DNA from: Nitrosomonadales bacterium | Lineage (GTDB): Bacteria > Pseudomonadota > Gammaproteobacteria > Burkholderiales > Gallionellaceae | Length of the DNA: 64,000 nt | NCBI GenBank assembly: GCA_016213335.1 | Contig: JACRAQ010000115.1 | Coordinates: 1,338-65,337, forward strand | Direction of reading: 5' to 3' | Shown here: one piece after another, positions 41,700 through 50,915 of the stretch | Layout: the number at the start of each line of letters is the position of its first letter | Numbering within the stretch: the stretch's first letter is position 1 | Notes under the pieces: generated by a model | Databases searched by the model: none | Seen by the model: only the letters and a program-made list of their open reading frames with translations | What the model was told of the DNA's origin: nothing | Program-made: the position numbers and the translations under genes

Positions 41700-43258
41700 C
41701 GCTCCGCCCCGCTGCAGGCATCCTCAAGGGTGGCGCACACCGGAGCTTGTACGCCGCCATCCGGCTCGCTCCGCCGCTGATGCGGGATGCACACCGCAAT
41801 GGTGGTGCCTTTCCCGGGGGCGCTGAAAATCCGCACGTCACCGCCAAAATGGGCGACCCGCTCCCGGATACCGCGCAGGCCGAAAGAATGGGGTTTGCTG
41901 CGGTCGGCCTCGGTACAGCCGCACCCGTTGTCGCTGACGGTCAGGTTGATGCATTCGGCGCGGTTGGTGACTTCCACCGCAACCTTGCTGGCCCGCGAAT
42001 GCTTGGTGATGTTGGTGAGCGATTCCTGAAAAATACGGAACAGCGCGATGGCGACATCGGGTGCGGGCGCCGCGCCTTCATCGCTATGCTTGAGGGTGCA
42101 TGCAATGCCGGTTCTCTGCTCGAACTCGTTCGCTTCCATCTCGACGGCCGCGACAATCCCGAACGCATCCAGCACGCTCGGCCGGAGCGTACGCGAAATG
42201 TTGGTGGCAGCTACGGTGCATTTGTCTACCAGGTTTTCGATATTCCTGGCTTTGGCTGCCAGCTTCGGGTTGACGGATTTCAGGCGCCCGCCCAGCCAGG
42301 CGATATCCAGCTTGATGGCGGTGAGGGTGCTGCCCAGGTCGTCATGCACTTCCCGCGCGATGGCGAGGCGCTCCTGTTCACGCACATCGTGGATATGCGA
42401 AGAAAGTTCGCGCAGCTGTTCCTGCGAACGGTTTACCTCAATTTCGGCCAGCTTGCTCTGGGTGATGTTGAACATGATGCCTTCCCACAGGATGCCAGGC
42501 TGAACCGTGCGCGGACTGCAACGCAGATTGATCCATTTGGTTTCGTTATCCGGCAAAATGCGGATGCGCCCCTCCCAGTTCCAGAACGAAAGCTGCCGGG
42601 CCGAAGTATCCATGGTCTGCGCGTAGGAGGCGCGATCATCCGGGTGCAGCATGTCGAGAAACAGCGCAGGGCACTTTTCCAGATCCTGCGGGCTGAGGCC
42701 GAGCACCGCGTGGCTGCCTTCGCTGACGTAGGGAAAGCTCATGCCGCCATCGGGCCCGAGCAGCACCTGGTAGGCCATGCCCGGCAGGTCGGCGATGAAG
42801 GCGTGCAGCCGGGTCTGGTTCTCCAGCAGCGCAAGCTGGGCGGTGCGGTGTTCGCGGCGGATACGCGCCGCGCGCAAATTGTGTTCGATGGACGGCGCCA
42901 GCCGGTTCAGGCTGCCCTTGAAGATATAATCATCCGCGCCAGCCTGCATGGTGTGGATGATGGTTTCCTCGCGCAGATCGTGCGACAGAAATACAAAAGG
43001 TATGTCTATCTCGAGGGATTGCACCAGATTGAGCGCCTCCAGGCCGCAAAACCCGTCCGGGTCGTAGCTGCACAGCACCGCATCCCATCCTTCCTCGCCC
43101 CGGTCGTTTCCGGCCAGAGCTGCCCGCATGTCGGAAGCGTTATCCACCCGCAGTTGCACGACCGCATAACCGCTCTCTTTTAGCTTGGCGAGCGTGTGCG
43201 CCGCATCGTCTGGCGATGTTTCAACCAGCAAGACGCGAAGTTTTTTGATGCCCATCAT
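41696..43258 (-). CDS. sensor histidine kinase: N-terminal receiver-like domain + PAS + HisKA_3 + HATPase
   Basis: 520 aa with H-box REVHDDLGSTLTAIKL (HisKA_3), N-box QESLTNITKHS and G-box DNGCG…GLRGIRERV. The N-terminal 130 aa are REC-like. Overlaps the response regulator gene by 4 nt. Confidence 0.85.
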   Translation of the reverse strand: MMGIKKLRVLLVETSPDDAAHTLAKLKESGYAVVQLRVDNASDMRAALAGNDRGEEGWDAVLCSYDPDGFCGLEALNLVQSLEIDIPFVFLSHDLREETIIHTMQAGADDYIFKGSLNRLAPSIEHNLRAARIRREHRTAQLALLENQTRLHAFIADLPGMAYQVLLGPDGGMSFPYVSEGSHAVLGLSPQDLEKCPALFLDMLHPDDRASYAQTMDTSARQLSFWNWEGRIRILPDNETKWINLRCSPRTVQPGILWEGIMFNITQSKLAEIEVNRSQEQLRELSSHIHDVREQERLAIAREVHDDLGSTLTAIKLDIAWLGGRLKSVNPKLAAKARNIENLVDKCTVAATNISRTLRPSVLDAFGIVAAVEMEANEFEQRTGIACTLKHSDEGAAPAPDVAIALFRIFQESLTNITKHSRASKVAVEVTNRAECINLTVSDNGCGCTEADRSKPHSFGLRGIRERVAHFGGDVRIFSAPGKGTTIAVCIPHQRRSEPDGGVQAPVCATLEDACSGAER

Positions 43259-43327
43259 GTCCGGTCATTTTCTTTCAAATCAAATTCAGGCCGCAAAGCT
43301 CATGGAAGATTCCTGACTTCTCTTCGG

Positions 43328-43507
43328 CTAACCGCTCTTTCCGAAATTATAGCCGAGTTGCCGCAGGGCAATATTTTTCGCGCCAGCCGGAATTGGCTGG
43401 TTTGGGTCAAACATGCCAGGATTTTCATCGCCAGTACCGCTTTGGCTCGGCTTGGCAAGGGCGGCAAGAGCGATCAACGCGCTAAGGAGTTTTCTTATTT
43501 TTATCAT
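43328..43507 (-). CDS. possible small secreted peptide (59 aa)
   Basis: ATG 43507 gives MIKIRKLLSALIALAALA|KPSQSG…, which is signal-peptide-like. Lies 69 bp upstream of the kinase on the same strand. The RBS is weak and no family is recognised. Confidence 0.3.
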   Translation of the reverse strand: MIKIRKLLSALIALAALAKPSQSGTGDENPGMFDPNQPIPAGAKNIALRQLGYNFGKSG

Positions 43508-43738
43508 GCCTGCCGCATTAGCCGGCCGGGATTGCCACATTGCATTCATACGACAACTGACTGATAACAGAAAGACTTTTTCGCTACCCCCCACCAAGTA
43601 TATTACCAGACTCTAATATGGCCTATATATATCTATATCCTCAAGCAACTTGTTGGTTAAATAATCAATGTGAGAGACTCGGGCAGGTTCAGAAAATCCA
43701 TAACTTATTCAATCTTACTCAATCAAGCCAACTGACCG

Positions 43739-44963
43739 ATGCAGGAAATCTTTCTGGCTCGCCAGCCCATCCTCGATAAACGCAGCAAGCTGTTCGCGTT
43801 CGAATTGCTGTTCCGGTCAGCCAATAACACGGTATCGGGGGTAGTGGACAACACCCACGCCACCGCGCAGGTGTTGACCAGCGCGTTTGGAGATCTCGGC
43901 GTTACCAGGGTTCTCGGCCCGCACAAGGGGTTTATCAATGTGGACGCTGGATTTCTGCATAGCGATCTGATCGAATTGTTGCCCAGGCAGCAGGTGGTGA
44001 TCGAACTGCTGGAAACCATCACGATCAACGATGCGGTCATCGCGCGCTGCTACGAACTGAAAGCAAAGGGGTTCAGCCTTGCGCTGGATGATGTGGACGA
44101 ACTGGACGAGGCGGTCGCCTCCTTTGCTCAAGGTGGTTGATGTAGTCAAGCTGGACGTGATCCAGATCGCCCCGGAACGGTTGCCCGCGCTGGTGAAAGA
44201 GTTCCGGAAACACCCCGTCAAGCTGCTGGCCGAAAAGGTGGAAGACCACGCGCAGGCACGCCGCTGCACCGAAATGGGCTTCGATATGTTCCAGGGCTAT
44301 TATTTCGCGCGCCCCGAGGTGCTTTCCGGCAAGCGCGCGGACGTTTCCAAAATGGCGTTGCTGCAAATTCTGGTGCTGATGGCGGGCGGCGCAGACAACG
44401 AGAAAATCGAGGACGCGTTCAAGGAACATGCGACCCTCTCCTACAATCTGCTGCGCATCGTAAACTCGGCCGGCATGGGCTTGATGACCAAGGTCAGCTC
44501 CATCAAGCACGGCCTGATCGTGCTCGGGCGGCGGTCGTTGCAGCGCTGGGTACAATTGCTGCTCTACGCCTCCGGCAAGGAAGGTGAAGCGCCCAGCCCG
44601 CTGATGCGACTGGCCGCCACTCGCGCAAAACTGATGGAGCTGATCGTGCAACTCGAGCGCCCGAATGATCGCGACTATGCCGACCGCGCTTTCATGACGG
44701 GCATACTGTCGTTGCTCGGCGCCTTGCTGTGCGAGCCGCTACCGGAAATCCTGGCGCGCCTGAGCCTCGATGAGCAAGTTGAAGCCGCTCTGCTGGAGCG
44801 CGCGGGAAGATTGGGTAGCCTGCTGGACATTTGTGAAACAACAGAATCCGGCAACCTGCCCGCCATACAGGAAAAACTGCAAGCTCACCCCGGCCTGACC
44901 CTGAATGCGCTGAACGCGGCACAACTGGAAGCGTTGGGCTGGGCGAATAGCATCGCCGTATAA
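43739..44963 (+). pseudogene. EAL-like + HDOD c-di-GMP signalling protein (COG3434/YuxH-like), interrupted by a +1 frame change near 44095-44125
   Basis: ORF 43739-44140 (…FELLFRS…GFSLALDDVDELDEAV…) stops at 44138-44140. The next frame continues without a plausible start, with PLLKVVDVVKLDV…EKVE…GFDMFQGYYF and then an HDOD domain up to 44963. Together they make one ~408-aa protein. Confidence 0.7.
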
Positions 44964-45003
44964 TTCTGGGGTAGAATGCGCCCCTCTCCCGCACCGACAA
45001 CCC

Positions 45004-46116
45004 ATGCCTTCCGCCAGCATTGCCGCGCCCCCCGATCGCCTGCTCCGCCAGGAAGTGCTTGCCCTGCACGCCTATCACGTGCCACCCGCCACCGGCATGA
45101 TCAAGCTGGACGCGATGGAAAACCCCTACCCCTTGCCCCCCTCCCTGCGCGAAGAAATCGCCCGCCTGGTGGCAAATGCCGCGATTAACCGCTACCCCGA
45201 CCCCGGCGCCCACAGCCTGAAGGAAAAAATTCGCGCCGTGACCGGCTTGGCGCAGGATGCTGCGGTGCTGCTCGGTAATGGCTCGGACGAGCTGATCCAG
45301 TTGCTCGCGCTGGCGGTGGCCCGCCCCGGCGCGACACTGTTGAGCGTTGACCCCTCCTTTGTCATGTACCGGATGATCGCCGCTTTCACCGGCATGCGCT
45401 ATGCCGGCGTGCCGCTGGCGGAAAATTTTGCGCTGGATTTGCCGGCCGTGCTGGGCGCCATCCAGCGCCACCAGCCTGCGCTGGTGTTTCTCGCCTACCC
45501 CAACAACCCGAGCGGCAACCTGTTCGACGAGGAAGCCATCAAACAAATCCTCGCGGCTGCTCCCGGCCTGGTGGTAGTGGATGAAGCCTATTACGCTTTT
45601 GCCCGCGCCAGCTTTATTCCCCTGTTGTCGCAGTACCAGAATTTGCTGGTGATGCGCACTTTCTCCAAGCTTGGCATGGCCGGGCTGCGCCTTGGTTTCC
45701 TGGCCGGCAGCAGGATATGGCTGGAACAGCTGGAAAAACTGCGCTTGCCGTATAATGTCGGCGTACTCACGCAACAGGTGGCAGAAAAATTATTGCAGCA
45801 CCACGATGTGCTGTTACAGCAGGCAGAACAGATCAAGCGGGATCGCGCGTGGCTGTACGAGCGGCTGGTGGGGACAGCGGATGTGCGGCCCTACCCCAGC
45901 GAGGCCAATTTCATCCTGTTTCGCGCGATGCATGCCGATGACGTGTTTGCGGGGCTAAAGCAGCGCGGTGTGCTGATCAAGAATTTGAATGGCACACATT
46001 CGCTGCTGGCCGATTGCCTGCGTGTCACAGTGGGAACACCGGAAGAAAACGAGCGGTTCGTGGCCGCGTTGCAGGAAAGTTTGCACACCGCTCGAGCGAG
46101 TTTCGGCGAAAGCTAA
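45004..46116 (+). CDS. hisC: histidinol-phosphate aminotransferase
   Basis: 370 aa with [22 protein letters not shown] and the PLP-lysine region [15 protein letters not shown]. The 3' end is remodelled by a 33-bp direct repeat (see findings). Confidence 0.92.
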   Translation: MPSASIAAPPDRLLRQEVLALHAYHVPPATGMIKLDAMENPYPLPPSLREEIARLVANAAINRYPDPGAHSLKEKIRAVTGLAQDAAVLLGNGSDELIQLLALAVARPGATLLSVDPSFVMYRMIAAFTGMRYAGVPLAENFALDLPAVLGAIQRHQPALVFLAYPNNPSGNLFDEEAIKQILAAAPGLVVVDEAYYAFARASFIPLLSQYQNLLVMRTFSKLGMAGLRLGFLAGSRIWLEQLEKLRLPYNVGVLTQQVAEKLLQHHDVLLQQAEQIKRDRAWLYERLVGTADVRPYPSEANFILFRAMHADDVFAGLKQRGVLIKNLNGTHSLLADCLRVTVGTPEENERFVAALQESLHTARASFGES

Positions 46117-46170
46117 CCTTCAGGTTATGCTGGAGCCAAAACGAGCGGTTCGTGGCCGCGTTGCAGGAAA
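46046..46170. repeat. Perfect 33-bp direct repeat pair (46046-46078 and 46138-46170) flanking a 59-bp insert at the hisC 3' end
   Basis: aaaacgagcggttcgtggccgcgttgcaggaaa occurs twice, 92 bp apart. The first copy is in the hisC frame ([11 protein letters not shown]). The second copy would read the same peptide in another frame. Confidence 0.9.
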
Positions 46171-46232
46171 ACCAGCCTGCAGCCAGAACACAGGTTGGAA
46201 AGTAATACTCGGCAATCTGCATAGGATGCATC

Positions 46233-46820
46233 ATGCGTAACGCGCAAGTCAGCCGCAATACCCTGGAAACAAAAATCAGCGTTACGCTGAATCTGGACGG
46301 CAGCGGCAAAGCTGCGCTTGCCACCGGCCTGCCCTTTCTCGAGCACATGCTGGATCAGATCGCGCGCCATGGCATGATAGATCTGGACATTCAGGCCAAG
46401 GGCGACTTGCACATAGACGCGCATCACACCGTCGAGGATATCGGCATCACCCTGGGCCAGGCTTTCAACCGTGCGGTGGGCGACAAGAAAGGCTTGCGCC
46501 GCTACGGACATGCCTATATCCCCTTGGATGAAGCGCTGTCGCGGGTGGTGCTGGATGTTTCCGGGCGGCCCGGATTGGTATTCGACGTGGATTTCGTGCG
46601 CCCCAGCGTGGGCGATTTCGATCTGGAGCTGGTGCGCGAGTTCTTTCAGGGCTTCGTCAACCACGCCCTGGTGACGTTGCACATCGCCAATCTGGCGGGC
46701 AGCAACGCCCACCATCAGGCAGAAACCGTATTCAAGGCATTCGGCCGCGCGCTACGCATGGCACTGGAAGCTGACCCGCGCATGGCCGGAATCACGCCAT
46801 CCACCAAGGGCGCTCTGTAA
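46233..46820 (+). CDS. hisB: imidazoleglycerol-phosphate dehydratase
   Basis: 195 aa with R.T.ET.I.V.L.LDG, DAHHT.ED.GI and GSNAHH..E..FKA. Confidence 0.95.
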   Translation: MRNAQVSRNTLETKISVTLNLDGSGKAALATGLPFLEHMLDQIARHGMIDLDIQAKGDLHIDAHHTVEDIGITLGQAFNRAVGDKKGLRRYGHAYIPLDEALSRVVLDVSGRPGLVFDVDFVRPSVGDFDLELVREFFQGFVNHALVTLHIANLAGSNAHHQAETVFKAFGRALRMALEADPRMAGITPSTKGAL

Positions 46821-46873
46821 TTTCAACCCATCTCTTCGACGCCTCAAAAAACCCGGGAATCAGGACAGGCAAG

Positions 46874-47662
46874 GTGGACATCGCGGTTGTAGATTACGGC
46901 ATGGGGAACCTGCGTTCGGTGCAGCAGGCGTTGCGCGCAGTTGCGCCCGGGGCTTCCATCGCGGTGACCGGCGACCCGCTTGTTGTGGCACAGGCGGCGC
47001 GCGTGGTTTTTCCCGGTCAGGGCGCAATGCCGGACTGCATGCGCGAGCTGGAGGCGCGCGGCCTGCGCGCGGCAGTGCTGCAAGCGGCGCGCGGCAAACC
47101 TTTTCTCGGTATTTGCATCGGCCTGCAAATGTTGTTTGAACGCAGCGCGGAAGGTAATATTCCCGGCCTCGGCATTTTGCCCGGCAAGGTGGTGCGCTTT
47201 GCCGGTGATTTGCGTGACGTGCAGGGCAACAAGCTCAAGGTGCCGCACATGGGCTGGAACCAGGTGCGAAGGATCGAACAGCCCGCATCTCCACAAGGGG
47301 ATGCGACGATCACCCCCTCTCCCTCCGGGGGAGGGTTGGGGCGGGGGAACGCGCTCCCTCTCCCCAACCCTCTCCCGAGGAGCGAGGGAGCAGTGGCCGC
47401 TTCCACCGTTGGCGGAAGCCCAAAAGTTGACGAACACCCCCTGTGGGCCGGCATTGAGCAGGATGCGCGCTTTTATTTCGTGCACAGCTATTATGTGCAG
47501 CCGCAGGATGCCGCGCTGGTGCAAGCCACCAGCGATTATCCGCAGCCTTTCGCGTGCGCCGTGGCGCGCGATAATTTGTTTGCCGTACAGTTCCACCCGG
47601 AAAAAAGCCAGAGTGCCGGGTTGACACTGTTGCGGAATTTCGTGAACTGGAACCCTGTTTAA
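46874..47662 (+). CDS. hisH: imidazole glycerol phosphate synthase, glutamine amidotransferase subunit, carrying a ~50-codon in-frame repeat insertion
   Basis: 262 aa with a GTG start, DYGMGNLRS, catalytic GICIGLQML and FHPEKS. The segment between PHMGWNQV and HPLWAGIE is about 56 aa, versus the handful I recall for typical HisH. Confidence 0.9.
   Translation: MDIAVVDYGMGNLRSVQQALRAVAPGASIAVTGDPLVVAQAARVVFPGQGAMPDCMRELEARGLRAAVLQAARGKPFLGICIGLQMLFERSAEGNIPGLGILPGKVVRFAGDLRDVQGNKLKVPHMGWNQVRRIEQPASPQGDATITPSPSGGGLGRGNALPLPNPLPRSEGAVAASTVGGSPKVDEHPLWAGIEQDARFYFVHSYYVQPQDAALVQATSDYPQPFACAVARDNLFAVQFHPEKSQSAGLTLLRNFVNWNPV
47313..47390. repeat. GC-rich multi-hairpin palindromic repeat (REP/MITE-like) embedded in frame in hisH
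   Basis: Three hairpins are visible. First: CCCTCC-ggg-GGAGGG (47321-47335). Second: ggggagggttggggcggggga (47328-47348) pairs with tccctctccccaaccctctcc (47355-47375) at 18 of 21 positions. Third: CTCCC…GGGAG (47372-47390). Confidence 0.8.
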
Positions 47663-47679
47663 CTTTTTCAATTGAAGCC

Positions 47680-48429
47680 ATGCTGATTATTCCCGCAATT
47701 GATTTGAAAGATGGGCATTGTGTGCGCTTGCGCCAAGGCGTGATGGAAGGCGCCACGGTGTTTTCCGAAGACCCCGCCGCTACGGCCACGCGCTGGCTGG
47801 AACAGGGTGCGCGCCGCCTGCATCTGGTTGATCTCAACGGCGCTTTTGCCGGCAAACCGAAAAACGAGGCAGCAGTGCGCAGCATCGTGACGGCGGTAGG
47901 ACAGGAAGTTCCGATACAGCTCGGTGGAGGCATCCGCGATCTGGAAACCATAGAGCGCTACCTCGACATCGGGGTCAGCTACATCATCATCGGCACGGCG
48001 GCGGTCAAGGTTCCGGGTTTCCTGCATGAAGCTTGCGACGCTTTTCCCGGGCACATCATGGTGGGCCTCGACGCGAAAGGCGGCAAGGTGGCGGTGGATG
48101 GCTGGTCCAAGCTGACCGGGCACGACGTGTGCGATCTCGCCAAACGCTTTGAAGGTTATGGTGTCGAAGCGATTATCTATACCGACATCGGGCGCGACGG
48201 CATGATGGCCGGCGTGAACATCCCCGCCACCGTAGAGCTGGCCAGGCCGCTCAGCGTGCCTGTCATTGCCAGCGGCGGCATCACCGATCTCGACGACGTG
48301 CGCGCGCTATGCGCGGTACAGAGCGAAGGCATCAGCGGGGCGATTACCGGGAGGGCAATATACGAGGGTTCGCTGGATTTTGCCGCTGCACAGGCGTTGG
48401 CCGACCAGCTCTCCGAACCGCCGCTCTGA
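47680..48429 (+). CDS. hisA: 1-(5-phosphoribosyl)-5-[(5-phosphoribosylamino)methylideneamino]imidazole-4-carboxamide isomerase
   Basis: 249 aa with [27 protein letters not shown] and the TIM-barrel C-terminus SGGI…GAI.GRA.Y. Confidence 0.95.
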   Translation: MLIIPAIDLKDGHCVRLRQGVMEGATVFSEDPAATATRWLEQGARRLHLVDLNGAFAGKPKNEAAVRSIVTAVGQEVPIQLGGGIRDLETIERYLDIGVSYIIIGTAAVKVPGFLHEACDAFPGHIMVGLDAKGGKVAVDGWSKLTGHDVCDLAKRFEGYGVEAIIYTDIGRDGMMAGVNIPATVELARPLSVPVIASGGITDLDDVRALCAVQSEGISGAITGRAIYEGSLDFAAAQALADQLSEPPL

Positions 48430-49187
48430 TGCTGGCCAAACGCATCATCCCTTGCCTGGATGTCACCGCAGGCCGCGTGGTCAAGGGCGTCAGCTTCGTC
48501 CAGCTGCGCGATGCGGGCGACCCGGTGGAAATCGCGCGCCGTTACGACGAGCAGGGCGCAGACGAGTTGACCTTCCTCGACATCACCGCCAGCTCAGACG
48601 ACCGCGGCATCCTGTTCCGCATCATCGAGCAGGTAGCCGAACAAGTGTTCATTCCGCTGACCGTGGGCGGAGGGGTGCGCAAGGTGGAAGACGTGCGCAA
48701 TTTGCTCAACGCGGGCGCCGACAAGGTGAGCATCAACACTTCGGCGGTGCTCAACCCGCAACTGGTGGCTGACGCAGCAGGGCGCTACGGCTCGCAATGC
48801 ATCGTGGTGGCAATAGACGCCAAACAGGCAGCACCTGGCAAGTGGGAGGTGTTCACCCACGGCGGGCGCAAGGCAACCGGACTGGATGCGGTGGCATGGG
48901 CAAAACACATGCAGGCGCTGGGCGCGGGTGAAATCCTGCTCACCAGCATGGACAGGGACGGGCAAAAAACCGGCTTTGATCTGGCCCTGACGCGCGCGGT
49001 GACCGACGCGCTGGAAATCCCGGTGATCGCCAGCGGTGGCGCAGGCACCCTGCAACATCTGGCGGATGGCGTGAAACTCGGAGGCGCCGATGCGGTGCTG
49101 GCGGCAAGCATTTTCCATTATGGCGAATATACCGTGCAGCAGGCCAAGCAGTTCATGGCACAGCAAGGCATAGAAGTCAGATTATGA
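48429..49187 (+). CDS. hisF: imidazole glycerol phosphate synthase cyclase subunit
   Basis: 252 aa from ATG 48429 (overlaps the hisA TGA) with [23 protein letters not shown] and ASGGAG. Confidence 0.95.
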   Translation: MLAKRIIPCLDVTAGRVVKGVSFVQLRDAGDPVEIARRYDEQGADELTFLDITASSDDRGILFRIIEQVAEQVFIPLTVGGGVRKVEDVRNLLNAGADKVSINTSAVLNPQLVADAAGRYGSQCIVVAIDAKQAAPGKWEVFTHGGRKATGLDAVAWAKHMQALGAGEILLTSMDRDGQKTGFDLALTRAVTDALEIPVIASGGAGTLQHLADGVKLGGADAVLAASIFHYGEYTVQQAKQFMAQQGIEVRL

Positions 49188-49573
49188 GCGAAACCTGGCT
49201 GAACAAAATCAACTGGTCCGAAGATGGGCTGGTACCCGCCATCGCGCAGGACGCGGCCAGCGGGCGCGTGCTGATGGTAGCCTGGATGGATCGCGAGGCG
49301 CTGAAGCGCACCGCCCAATCCGGGGAGGCGGTATACTGGTCGCGCTCGCGCAAGAAACTGTGGAAGAAAGGCGAAGAATCCGGCCATGTCCAGCGGGTCA
49401 GGGAAATCCGCCTCGATTGCGATAGCGACGTGGTGCTGTTGCAGGTTGAGCAAACCGGCGGCATCGCCTGTCACACCGGACGCGCGAGCTGCTTTTTCAG
49501 CCGTCTGGAACACGGGCAATGGCTGGAAACCGATGCGGTAATCAAGAACCCGGACGAAATATACAAGAAATGA
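49184..49573 (+). CDS. hisI: phosphoribosyl-AMP cyclohydrolase
   Basis: 129 aa with LVPAIAQD…G.VLM.AWM, WSRSR..LW.KGE.SG and DCD.D..L..V.Q.G.ACHTG..SCF. Confidence 0.93.
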   Translation: MSETWLNKINWSEDGLVPAIAQDAASGRVLMVAWMDREALKRTAQSGEAVYWSRSRKKLWKKGEESGHVQRVREIRLDCDSDVVLLQVEQTGGIACHTGRASCFFSRLEHGQWLETDAVIKNPDEIYKK

Positions 49574-49893
49574 GCAACGACATCCTGCAACGGCTGACCG
49601 AAACCATACAGGCACGCAAACAGGCCGCGCCGGATAGCTCTTATGTCGCCAAACTCTTTGGCAAGGGCGAAAATGCCATCCTGAAAAAAATCGGTGAGGA
49701 AGCCACCGAAGTGGTGCTGGCGGCAAAAGGCGGCGACCGGACGCACCTGGTGTACGAAACCGCCGATCTGTGGTTCCATTGCATGGTGTTGCTGGCGCAC
49801 CACGGCCTGAGCACGGAGGATGTGCTGAAAGAGCTGGCACGGCGTGAAGGCGTGTCGGGGCTGGAAGAGAAAGCCGGCAGGCAGGCGGAGTGA
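49570..49893 (+). CDS. hisE: phosphoribosyl-ATP pyrophosphatase
   Basis: 107 aa from ATG 49570 with SYVAKLF.KG.…KK.GEEA.E………E.ADL.FH..VLL. Confidence 0.9.
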   Translation: MSNDILQRLTETIQARKQAAPDSSYVAKLFGKGENAILKKIGEEATEVVLAAKGGDRTHLVYETADLWFHCMVLLAHHGLSTEDVLKELARREGVSGLEEKAGRQAE

Positions 49894-49895
49894 GC

Positions 49896-50246
49896 ATGGG
49901 CGACAACTGCATATTCTGCAAAATCGTGCGCGGAGAAATCCCGTGCCGCAAGGTGCATGAGGACGATGAGCTGCTCGCTTTTCACGACATCAACCCGGTC
50001 GCCCCGGTGCATTTCATGCTGGTAACCAAGCAGCATCTGGTTTCGCTGGCGGAAGCCGATGACAGCCACGCCGCCCTGCTGGGCAGAATGCTGGTGCTTG
50101 CGCCCAGGCTGGCGAAGCAGCAGGGGCTGCACAACGGCTTCCGCACCGTCATCAATACCGGCAAGGGGGGCGGACAGGAAGTATTCCACCTGCACGTCCA
50201 CATCATCGGCGGCGGGCTGATTCCGCCAATGGTGCGGCGAGATTAA
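49896..50246 (+). CDS. HIT family (histidine triad) nucleotide-binding protein
   Basis: 116 aa with CIFCKIV.GEIP and the histidine triad HLHVHIIGG. RBS GGCGGAG lies 5 nt upstream. Confidence 0.9.
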   Translation: MGDNCIFCKIVRGEIPCRKVHEDDELLAFHDINPVAPVHFMLVTKQHLVSLAEADDSHAALLGRMLVLAPRLAKQQGLHNGFRTVINTGKGGGQEVFHLHVHIIGGGLIPPMVRRD

Positions 50247-50273
50247 CGCGGCTCAATTCCAAGGAGGCATAAA

Positions 50274-50495
50274 ATGGGTTCTCTGAGTATTTGGCACTGG
50301 CTGATCGTGCTGCTGGTCGTACTCCTGATATTCGGCACCAAGAAATTACGCAACATCGGCAGCGATCTGGGCGGTGCGGTGAAAGGCTTCAAGGAAGGCA
50401 TGAAAAGCGAGGAAGAGCCGCCCAAACAGCAGGTGCAGCAAGGCGGCCAGGTCATCGAGGGCGAAGTCAAGGACAAAACCCATACCAAGGTATGA
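50274..50495 (+). CDS. tatA: twin-arginine translocase subunit TatA
   Basis: 73 aa with [36 protein letters not shown]. Confidence 0.92.
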   Translation: MGSLSIWHWLIVLLVVLLIFGTKKLRNIGSDLGGAVKGFKEGMKSEEEPPKQQVQQGGQVIEGEVKDKTHTKV

Positions 50496-50570
50496 CCCTG
50501 AATTCACTTCGCCACTGACCTTTGCCCGCCCCCGGTCACGCTACTCCCATGAAGTTGGGTTGATCCAGCC

Positions 50571-50915
50571 ATGTTCGGCATTGATTTTTCCGAGCTGATC
50601 GTCATCCTCGCGGTCGCCCTGATCGTTGTCGGGCCGGAGCGCTTGCCGAAAGTGGCACGCACATTCGGCCATCTGTGGGGGCGCTTGCAGCGCTATATCC
50701 ACACCGTCAAGACAGACATCGCGCGCGAAATGGCGGCAGAAGAATTCAGGCAGCTGCAGCAAAAAATCAACCAGGAAGTCATGAGCGCCGAACGGGAAGC
50801 GCACCGGGCAGTGCAAGGCATAAGCGCGCAGGCACCTGACGCCGCGCAAGCGGATGCCGGCGCTGGCACCCGGCAAGCTCAAACCGGCCTGGACCCGGAA
50901 CAGAAAAAATCTTGA
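50571..50915 (+). CDS. tatB: twin-arginine translocase subunit TatB
   Basis: 114 aa with MFGIDFSELIVILAVALIVVGPERLPKVAR..G. Confidence 0.88.
   Translation: MFGIDFSELIVILAVALIVVGPERLPKVARTFGHLWGRLQRYIHTVKTDIAREMAAEEFRQLQQKINQEVMSAEREAHRAVQGISAQAPDAAQADAGAGTRQAQTGLDPEQKKS

Noticed and set aside
39095-43183. Long plus-strand ORFs (39095-40480, 39654-40856, 41570-43183) opposite the GGDEF, RR and kinase genes
   Set aside because: The minus-strand products carry GGEEF, REC, LuxR-HTH and HisKA_3/HATPase motifs. The plus-strand translations are low-complexity and have no motifs.
46014-46205. 63-aa ORF spanning the hisC 3' repeat region
   Set aside because: It is best explained as the displaced ancestral hisC C-terminal frame created by the 33-bp duplication, not as an independent gene.
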